Shown here piece by piece: positions 23,073 through 32,218 of a stretch of 45,839 nt of DNA. The stretch's first letter is position 1, and the number at the start of each line of letters is the position of its first letter. The DNA is taken from contig JALAGF010005797.1 of the NCBI GenBank assembly GCA_030167865.1, forward strand, positions 1 through 45,839, in the 5' to 3' direction. The stretch comes from Craspedostauros australis. Lineage: Eukaryota. Under the pieces are notes generated by a model. The model ran no database searches. It had not been told where the DNA came from and saw only the letters and a list, made by a program, of their open reading frames with translations. The translations under genes were made by a program, and so were the position numbers.

Positions 23073-24019
23073 GTCGTCGTCGTCGTTGTTGTTGCTGCTG
23101 TTGCTGCTGTTGTTTCTGGCGTTGCTAGTTTCCCTCTTGGAGAAGTGTGCAGTGGACTATTCGCGACGATGCACGGTCTGATACGAGCAGGGCAGAATGG
23201 ACAAGTGGGTGCGTTGACAAGTGCGCGGGGAATGGCGGGTTGACCTGGTTGAGAAAACCAGAGGTGTGAGACGATGGATGTTTCCACAGACTCGGTGCAA
23301 TGACGATCCTTTTCGTTTGTGACCTGCTCTCTGCTCTCTCCCTCCTGGGTTGTGTGCGTTGGGTTTTTTGCTGTTGTGCTTGTTCCCACCCACGCGGAAC
23401 CCTGGCACCAGTCTTTGCGGCCAACGGTCACACTCCACTGTTGGTGTGACTTTTTCGTGGTGTTGCTTTGCCGCGAAGCTGCGCTGTTGTCGTGTTGTGC
23501 TGCCATTGTTCCTCACATGTTCGACCACACCGACCAACAGAGCAATTCAGTGATTCGGCTTATTCAAATAGTCATGTCCATATCCGATACTACAATAGTA
23601 GTACTATTGTATTCCGCTTGTGTCACTTGACATTCATCAGTTGTGTTCGCATCAAGTGTGGAACGCGAAGGCCAACCCGAACTCCAACCCGAACTCCAAA
23701 TGCCCCCAAAGGAGGAACAACCCAACCACCAAGCACCAAGCACCAAGCACCAGAACGAAGCAGAGAAGACTCGTGTCCATGCGAACTGCTCCGGAGAGTG
23801 CAGGCACGCACCAACGCAAGTGCTTCGTGTATTGGCATTGCGTCCTTCTCCACAACTGCGCATAATTACTTACGACTATTCCCATCAACCAATCTTCACA
23901 CCCAATACCATCAATACCCACACCATCCTCTCCAGAGAAACCTATCCGCACCACGCTTGTACTCGTACATTTGCAACACGTACCGATAAAAAAGAGAAAG
24001 AACAACATCACCGAAGACC

Positions 24020-25285
24020 ATGAGCAGCCCACGTCAAGGACCCCTCGTCCTCTCGCTCAACGCTGGATCGTCGTCGGTCAAAGCGTCGCTGCTCGAGGGC
24101 GAGCGCAGCCTCGTGAGCTTTCTCGCAGAAAGACTGGCAAGTCCACAATCTGCAGTCTATGCCGAGCACTTTGGGCGAGATGCGACTGATGGCGCCTCCG
24201 GCCAGGACGGAAGGGTGACGATCGCCGAGTGCGGGGGGCTGTCCCACAAGGATGCGCTATCTCACATCATCGCGTACCTGGAGAAGCGTGGTATGCTAAA
24301 AGATCTCGTCGCAGTCGGCCACCGCGTCGTCCACGGAGGAGCTGCTTTTTCGGATTCGGTCATCATTGACGACGAAAACCTGCGCCTTATCCAAAGCGTG
24401 TCCAACCTGGCACCGCTGCACAACCCCCACAACCTCACAGGCATCCACGCGATTCGCAGCCTCAAGCCAGACATTGCCAATGTTGCCGTTTTCGACACAT
24501 CCTTCCATGCGACTCTGCCCGAACGAGCATCCACATATCCAATCCCGGCCGAATATCGGGAACTTGGAATGAGGAAGTATGGATTCCATGGCACATCCGT
24601 CAACTTTGTGACGCAAAAGGCAGAGAGCATTCTGCAAAACCTCCAAACGCAACGCGATGGTGACTTCCAGCTTATCGTCTGTCATCTCGGGAATGGAGCG
24701 AGCATCACTTCAGTATCGAGCGGCAAGTCCGTGGAAACGTCGATGGGATTCACCCCGCTCGCTGGGCTCATGATGGGCACTCGGTGTGGTTCGGTGGACC
24801 CATCCCTCGTCAACTTCGCATGCCACGCACTCAATAAAGACGTGGATGAAGTGCTGAATGATTTCAACAAGAATTCAGGCCTCAAGGGCATGAACAAGGA
24901 CGGCATCAACGATATGCGCGAATTACTCTCACGAAGTGAACGCGGAGATGCCGAATGCGCACTTGCTGTGGACATGTTCGTGTATCGCTTATCGCAACAG
25001 ATCGCCTCGTCGATGATCGCGTTGGCGGCTCCCCTCGATGCCCTCATCTTTACAGCTGGCATCGGAGAGCACTCCGCCGAGATCCGTCGCCGAACAGTCA
25101 AGCAACTTGGTGTGATCATACCAGGGGCGAGGCTGGATGAGGGACGCAACTATGACAACGGCAGGAGCTCCAACGGCATCATCTCGGCGGACGAGACCTG
25201 GCCGCTGATCTTGGATATCGCGACGGACGAAGAGGCAATGATCGCGAAGGAATGCACTCGACTCGTTCAACCGAAGACGAAGTAA
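24020..25285 (+). CDS. ackA: Acetate kinase (421 aa, single exon)
   Basis: LNAGSSSVK, VGHRVVHGG, LAPLHNP, VFDTSFH, RKYGFHGTS, CHLGNGASI, SMGFTPLAGLMMGTRCG, FTAGIGE and TDEEAMIA are all present. Confidence 0.97.
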   Translation: MSSPRQGPLVLSLNAGSSSVKASLLEGERSLVSFLAERLASPQSAVYAEHFGRDATDGASGQDGRVTIAECGGLSHKDALSHIIAYLEKRGMLKDLVAVGHRVVHGGAAFSDSVIIDDENLRLIQSVSNLAPLHNPHNLTGIHAIRSLKPDIANVAVFDTSFHATLPERASTYPIPAEYRELGMRKYGFHGTSVNFVTQKAESILQNLQTQRDGDFQLIVCHLGNGASITSVSSGKSVETSMGFTPLAGLMMGTRCGSVDPSLVNFACHALNKDVDEVLNDFNKNSGLKGMNKDGINDMRELLSRSERGDAECALAVDMFVYRLSQQIASSMIALAAPLDALIFTAGIGEHSAEIRRRTVKQLGVIIPGARLDEGRNYDNGRSSNGIISADETWPLILDIATDEEAMIAKECTRLVQPKTK

Positions 25286-25786
25286 AATTTGTCAACAGAG
25301 AAACAAAATACACGCCCGACAGAGTACTCACAAGTATTATACGATCAACTATTTCCATACACACACATACTCTCTCTCTCGAACGAACGAACGAACAAGC
25401 ATCATTCTGAGTATGTAGGTTTGGCACGCGCATGATTGCACAACATAGTGGAGTAGAGTCGACTAGCAATGAGTCGCCCAAACGAGCAAAAAGACGTTCG
25501 AGCACATGTACCAATACATAGACGTGCCATGCTATTTGGATAGTCGAGTGCTCCTGAAATGCCATTGCGCTCTGCCGCCTCCACTGCCATACCAACTGCT
25601 CATACTCGTACCGTATGTATGTTCAGTACTTGTACGGCGCGCAACTCGAGTTTGTGAAGGTCAATGAAAAGAGCAAAGTGAAGACGAAGGTATAGAGGGG
25701 TGCTATGTGGAGTGGAGTATGATTGTGCAATGCAATGTAGTACCAGCATGAAACCTCGAGATCTTCCTGTATTAGCTTGCGGCTGC

Positions 25787-28267
25787 TCATGGCTGGTTGT
25801 GTGGGGTCGTCTGCTTCAACCCTCCCAGCATATCCATGGCATCCACGCCGCGGATGTCAGCAACGAAGGTTTCCGCTGAGTCATTGACCACCGTGGGCCC
25901 GTTAGCGAAGGGCGCGACCTGAATTGCAATGTACCTGGTTGGCTTGATTTTCTTGTTACGGGCTGATGCGATGAAGTTTCGCACTCGTCGACGTTTGGCA
26001 GGATTGTTGTCAACCCACTCCCGAAGCTGCTGCATCTTCTGGTCCGCAAACTCCTTACTCTCGCAGGTTACAGCGATGAGGTACATGACGGTGCCATCCC
26101 TGGACTTGATGTACTGATCGAATGGTGGGTAGGTCTTGTCTTCGCTTGCCTTGTCGATGTAATGCAACTTCATGCGGCGAGTGTTCCAGATGGAACCGTG
26201 ACGGTACCCATCGATCCCGTCCGCAAATACCTTGTCTTCCTTCAAGCCGGTGCAAGTGAAATCGCCCCAAAGCTTCCACCAACCACGGAAATGGATGCGC
26301 TGTCCTGTTACCGACCGGCATGACAGTACCCAGAGGAATGCCCGCTTCAACGGTGTCTCTGAAACGGAGTCATTCAGTTTCTCGTACATGAAGTCTCTCA
26401 TGAGCTGCGCACCCTGTTCGTAGATTGGGTTCGTAGGATCCTTCATGTTGAGCAAGGTTTGCAACTGAGCTGTAACGTACCCATCCATGCTCAGGAGGTT
26501 GCCGTGGGCGATGCCATCAACATTCTGTCGGTTTTCGTCTTGCATTCCCAAGAGGAGCTTGGTTGCATACTTGCTGTGGATGGCATCTTCCACGTCGGCG
26601 TTGTTGTGCCGCGATGCCGAGAGCAATGCTTTGCATGCCGCGATGGCATCCTTCAGCCCAGCTTCCACTTCTCGGCTGTTGATTTTTTGCGTGGCTGCGA
26701 TGAGATCGCCGTAGGAGCCGCCTGACGGAAGATCCAGATTATTCCACATGAGCTCACCCAGCTCGTTGCGCATCACCGGCTTGAGATGGAAGAGGTAGGT
26801 CTGGTAGAGGCGCTTCATCTCGTCGTTGTCAAGTGGTAGGCTTGTGTCCAGCTTCAGTGCCGGGATGCAATCCATCACCCTCTTGACGTCCAGCATGGGT
26901 AGAGAGATTGGCTGGCGGAAGATGATTGTGGCATCGGTACCCCGTGGGCTGACGTGGCTGGGTGGTTTGGATGCTGTGATAACTGCAGTAGCGACAGTGG
27001 CATCAACCTTGGCGAGCACGGACACGGCACCGTATTGGAAAGCAGAGGCGTCGGCGTCACTGAGAGACGATCCCAGACCCTGCGTCATGAAATCGGTTTC
27101 GTCAAGATGAAACAGCACACGGCCACCATGGGTCTTGTTGTTATCGAGGTAGTAATCCACAATGAGATCTTCGAGTTCGGACGTTACTTCGAACACGGTT
27201 GGCAAGTAGCCATCGTCAGTGACGGCAAATGGGATCTGATAGTTGGTGCGACTGGGCCCCTTGAGAATCTGGAAGACGCAATTGAGCATGAATTGCGCGC
27301 CAAGTCGTTCGTAGATGTTACTAGTGGAGAGGACAGTTTTTTCAAGGTAATGATTGACAATGGAAGGCAGATTGGGATGCGGATGGAAAGAGTTGATGGC
27401 ATCGTTGGCACGAAATGGCATGTACATGTACTTGGTGAACTTCTCTTCGCGGTCGCTTGCAACACTTTCCAAAAAAGCGGCCAAAATGCTGGCAGTCTTG
27501 CCGTACCCCTCTGGCCCGACGACGTATGGCACAGTGGAGATCATATTCTTGTCGCTACCGATGGCCTCGAGTTCTCGGACCATGAGCATCATGCTTGTAT
27601 TCGTGGTCCAGAAAGGACACTTCGAAAGCGGAAGGTACTGATCACGTTTTTCATCGTACTTCATCGGCAGGGTTTCCATGTATGCATCGATGTTTTGGAA
27701 GATTGGGATGGAATCATCCTTCATGAGATCATCGAAGCAAGCGGAGAGCTTTGCAGAAGGCACGTATGTTTCCAGAATAGCCTGCGTCATGGTCGGCGTG
27801 TACACATCGGCAAGACGTAACTTGCGACCATCACGGCCACTGGCTTGGTCACCGTTACTGTCTGCGCGATCCTTCGCACTGTCATCAGCATGGGAATCGC
27901 TCTCGCTCTCTCCTTGTGCAACGCCCAAATCAACGGTAGTTGCTGCGTTCGTGGTATCAACAGAGCTGACATCATCCGACGATGCTTTTGCTTCATCCAT
28001 ATCGTTGATTGCCGACATGGAGCTAGAGACACCTGCTCCGTTGGACGCACGAGGAGTGAGATTGGCCGTCAATCGGTCGATTCGCGTTCGGGTGGCGCCC
28101 GCATCATCGCAGTGGCCAGGTCGACCGCGTGGCTCCAACGACCCGCACCGGCTCCCTGTTCTCGATGTCCGCGGTGAGGCATGAGCCGAAGTTGAAGTCT
28201 GAAGCAGCGGGACGAAGGCGTCTGCCACCGTGAAGAGCGCAACCAGAAGACCTGCGCGGAGGATCAT
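25787..28267 (-). CDS. Uncharacterised P-loop NTPase with plastid-type presequence and degenerate PD-(D/E)xK-like C-terminus (826 aa)
   Basis: Long intronless ORF. MILRAGLLVALFTVADA-FVP presequence; Walker A GPEGYGKT (about 27517-27494); Walker B VLFHLDE (about 27118-27098); C-terminal YPPFDQYIKSRDGTVMYLIAVT. Confidence 0.75.
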   Translation of the reverse strand: MILRAGLLVALFTVADAFVPLLQTSTSAHASPRTSRTGSRCGSLEPRGRPGHCDDAGATRTRIDRLTANLTPRASNGAGVSSSMSAINDMDEAKASSDDVSSVDTTNAATTVDLGVAQGESESDSHADDSAKDRADSNGDQASGRDGRKLRLADVYTPTMTQAILETYVPSAKLSACFDDLMKDDSIPIFQNIDAYMETLPMKYDEKRDQYLPLSKCPFWTTNTSMMLMVRELEAIGSDKNMISTVPYVVGPEGYGKTASILAAFLESVASDREEKFTKYMYMPFRANDAINSFHPHPNLPSIVNHYLEKTVLSTSNIYERLGAQFMLNCVFQILKGPSRTNYQIPFAVTDDGYLPTVFEVTSELEDLIVDYYLDNNKTHGGRVLFHLDETDFMTQGLGSSLSDADASAFQYGAVSVLAKVDATVATAVITASKPPSHVSPRGTDATIIFRQPISLPMLDVKRVMDCIPALKLDTSLPLDNDEMKRLYQTYLFHLKPVMRNELGELMWNNLDLPSGGSYGDLIAATQKINSREVEAGLKDAIAACKALLSASRHNNADVEDAIHSKYATKLLLGMQDENRQNVDGIAHGNLLSMDGYVTAQLQTLLNMKDPTNPIYEQGAQLMRDFMYEKLNDSVSETPLKRAFLWVLSCRSVTGQRIHFRGWWKLWGDFTCTGLKEDKVFADGIDGYRHGSIWNTRRMKLHYIDKASEDKTYPPFDQYIKSRDGTVMYLIAVTCESKEFADQKMQQLREWVDNNPAKRRRVRNFIASARNKKIKPTRYIAIQVAPFANGPTVVNDSAETFVADIRGVDAMDMLGGLKQTTPHNQP

Positions 28268-28859
28268 GGTCAACGATTCGTGGAATCAAGAGGATGAACA
28301 GGCGTGAGATCAATCGTTTGGCAATTCTGCATCAGCTGCGCCTTTCGTCAGGGCCGGTTTTCGATAAATTGTCGGCAGCGCTTGGCTATTGTGTGCACTC
28401 GTACGAGTGGGCTACTTTTCGATTGCGATTGCGATTGCGATTGTGAATGCCCTCTGATCAATCAGCGTCGGCGTGACATCACCAAAGAGGCTCGTGCCAA
28501 TCAGGCTCCAGGGACACCCGACAAGTCCAGAAAAATGGTCGATGTCCGACTAACTCGACCTCTATTTCGCCTTGACGCGAAGTGACGTCAACATCGAGAC
28601 ATGTTGAACTGGAACTGCAGATAGGTATCCATGACTGAAATCCAAGAGTGATTCTGACGACAGTTTGTAATTTCACCAGTGACATTTTTCTCTTCTGGTG
28701 CGCTGCGCCTCAAGGCGCGGGAATATGATCCTCTGCTGAGTACGACCAGCCTCCAACGAAAAATGATGGTACCGATCCACATAGATCTCAGTTCGTTGTC
28801 GGTGCATGTGATATTCTTGGCATGATGGATAGTAGCAGTATTGCTCTATTGTTACGAAA

Positions 28860-31105
28860 AGGGGGAGTAGGTTCAGCCACCTGACTGTGATCGATTCACT
28901 CGAGTGGATGCTGTAAGGCAGTCCCAAAATCTGAGGGGATCCTGAGAGTTCCATCTGCATCACTGCCGGCATATCGAGTCCAGTCCCGATTCATCTTCAC
29001 ATAGCCAATGCTATCGTGCAAGAAGCTTATCCATTTGGATATGGGATGCCCGAAGCAAAGTGCTCGTGACCTGGGTTGCTGCTACATCCCAAAGTGACGT
29101 GTGCCACTCAGCCTCTCACTTGATCCTGCAATGTCGATATTCCAAGAACCGCTTGCCGGTTGAGTGCCAAAATCCTTCCCCCTCCGGGTCCCAGCTGCTT
29201 TTCCTCCTTCGCTCGGATGCCAATCCGATCAAAGGGCAGCAGAATATTGTAGCAGGGACGGCAGCATCTGCATGACGTCCCCGTAATGTTGTTGCATCTG
29301 AAACCTCGGCTGCCTCCCAGCCACTGCCTCAAAACGGTGCCACCTGTTGTTCAAGTCAACGTCACGCTCATCCACCTTCTGGTTGATGGCCTGTGTGTTG
29401 GAGCCTCTGCGAAAGCTCCGTCCCACTGCGTACTCCTTGGTGACATCAAGATGCAATGGTATGAGATCCAGTCTGTCGTCCTGGACCTCCAAGAGGACCT
29501 CATGGATTGGGTTGAAGCTTGACCGGCTTGATTTGATCTCCCATCGAGGAGCAAAAGACGGATCCATCGATCACCTTTCGCTTTTCGTACCAGACCAGCA
29601 TTCGCTCCACCCATGCCGCTGGTTTCAAACCGGAGCGCGATTCCAGCGCTATTGGTATCAAATGGTACTTCTCTCCAGTCTCCGTCTTGAATCGCCCAAG
29701 CAAGGCAATGGCCGTGCGTCTCAAAGCTGGGTCACGATGGTTCATGCCCATGGTGTGGTGCTTCCGCATTCCCACAAGGTCGCACAACGCCACTTCTTCT
29801 GCTCTGAGTCCACCCATGAAAGCAAGCACCGCAAAGAGTTGTGGGAACAAGACGCGCTCCATGTCAGGATCCAACCACCCGTTTGCGATGCCCTCACACC
29901 ATCTGTTCTCAAAACGAGCCATGAGCTCGAGCATTACCCCAATCGAAATAGCTAGATCCAGGCAGGTTTTATCCCCCATCTGGATGTGCATTCCTCTGGC
30001 GAAGCGCTCAAATCACACTCTGCTGGCGGGGCTGGTTGTCATCTTGAACTTCTGGGCTTTGTGTACTGCTACCATCTATGTGTCGGCGCTATCAGCAGAG
30101 GCCTGCCAAAGGTTGAAGTAGGACGATCTCATTTTCCAAACTGTGTTAAACTGGACTGCTGGCTCATTCTTTCCTGTGTCGAGCGATCTGTAGAGCAGGT
30201 TGACCGCAAGGAACATGATGATGTCATCCTCCATTTTCGTTGGGCCCAGAGGTGGGAGATTGTATGTTGGCGACAATCCCAACGCACTGGACTGCATGAC
30301 TATCCGGTGTATATGAGACCAGTTCCATGCCACAGAGGAGCTCTCTTGGCTCCAGACTGCATTGAGGTTCGCTTGCTTGATGAACCTCATGAGAGTGGAG
30401 TGCTTTCCACTTCCCACCACTGGATCCTGCTGTTGCAAGTTGCGGAAGTGACACAGCTCACACTGGAAGCTGAGCACAAGGTGGTCACCAAGACAGGAGT
30501 GCTGAAAGCGGCGTTCATCCAGCTTGAACTGAATGACATTGCCATCCTCGTCTACTGGTCTGCGGATCGGGCACGTGTCGTTGCCAAGGAGTTGGTAGCA
30601 GTTACCACACCATATTCCATGACACTCGCTGCCAAAGCCTCACTTGTGAAAACAATTCGCGCAGAACAGCCCTGCTCCCTTCCACACCTGTCTCCCACAC
30701 TGCTTGCAACTCCTGCTTAGCTCGTGAAATGGTGGGTGAGTTATTGTATTTCCAAGGGAAAGATTTTCTGAGAGGAAGAACAAGGAGGAGTGTGAGGGGT
30801 TCGAGTTTTACAGTATCCCAGCAGCGGCCCATTCCTGCCTTCACCATCATGTCGAGATCGGATGCCTTCAGACCGATCTTGTACCACGCTGTCATGATAC
30901 GAGGGATGGCAATCACGTGCATTGAGAATGGTTGCTTGTGTATGGAGCTGTTCATGAACTCGATCGCTGCTGTGGCCACTGCTGGTGGAGGTGTCCAGCC
31001 GCAAGTGCCTTGGTTGACATGTGTCTCGGCCCATCTGTTTGGCATTAGGAACTCAATGTTTGCTGGTGTCCATGACTGAATCCACTGCTCCAGATGAAAG
31101 AACAC
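28860..31105 (-). mobile_element. Decayed, 5'-truncated tyrosine-recombinase retrotransposon (DIRS/Ngaro-like)
   Basis: Fragmented frames give WTPPPAVATAAIEF..HVIAIPRIMTAW (methyltransferase-like tail of the RT/RH ORF), GDHL/FQCELCHFRNL, GGLRAEEV, LLGRFKTETG, GRSFRRGS, NNRW and MQQHY (YR catalytic series), interrupted by stops and frameshifts. Boundaries are approximate. Confidence 0.8.
29229..30560 (-). pseudogene. Tyrosine recombinase ORF of the element, disrupted
   Basis: Pieces 30477-30076, 29991-29500 and 29567-29229; in-frame stops near 30076 and 30012; frameshift near 29520. Confidence 0.75.
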
Positions 31106-32218
31106 AGTTGGTATTCCGTGTCTTTTTGCACGTTGTCAGGAGGATAATCTGTCCTTCAACCGGTTTTGACGCCGTTTGATGTTGAGAACAAAGCTGTATC
31201 AGACGATGATGTAACTGTAGTAGACTCGGAAGTAAGCTGTGAAGATTGTTTCTGATTGCTTGTTTTATGTGTTAAGCTGACTATTGATAGGACGATCGAG
31301 TAAAAGGGTCAGGGGTTCATGCTGTCGTGCTTCAGCCGTTCTTGTTGCTCAGCAACATGTCGTGGTGGTTCGGCACACTTACAGCCATTTAGCGGCTCCA
31401 TCCGTAGCGCATCACATGATCCATGGACGTGGATGTACTTCAAGATGCGTGCGGGTTCTGCAAGATGGTTAGCTGGACAGGTGGCGTGGGTGCATGAGCT
31501 GGAGGGTGAGCAGAGCATGGATCGTGGTTCAACTACACACCGTGCGCGTGGTAGCCTTTCATTGCAGTATCGGTTTCAGATACCGGGTACCGTGTACATG
31601 ACATGGACAATTGAGTCCCGGATAGGTCCCGGACCAAGTCTGTCCCAACTAACGGTATCTTTTCCTGCCAATAGAAACACGCGAAAATCGAATCTCCCCA
31701 GAACCAAGGCGGAACATCGAGGAAGGATGCGAACGCCTCTACGATGTTGATCTTGGCGGTTCCTGTTCTCAGATGTTCGTTCGTTCGTTCCGTTTGTTGG
31801 TGTTCCACCATTTCGCCTCCAGAAATGGAAACAATCGACCCACACACGAAGCTGACCCTCTCTCTTCTTCTCTGCAAGATGCAGGGGCGATGCTCACCAA
31901 CATCACCTCTGACAACAAAAGGCAATCCACCAATACTCATCACAACAGTTTCATAAAATCCGTACGATTTCACAAACCATAAAGCAAACATAAACACAAA
32001 CACAAGCACACCGCCAACGCCACCACCCAACCCANNNNNNNNNNNNNNNNNNNNNNNNNNNNNNNNNNNNNNNNNNNNNNNNNNATTTCACAAACCATAA
32101 AGCAAACATAAACACAAACACAAGCACACCGCCAACGCCACCACCCAACCCATCTGCCGAAGCACCATAAACACCAAACACCGCCAGCATCCATCACAGT
32201 TCATCACCGCTGATCACC

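Noticed and set aside
31967..32152. 68-nt direct repeat (31967-32034 and 32085-32152)
   Set aside because: Identical copies flank a 50-N gap; a scaffolding overlap artefact.
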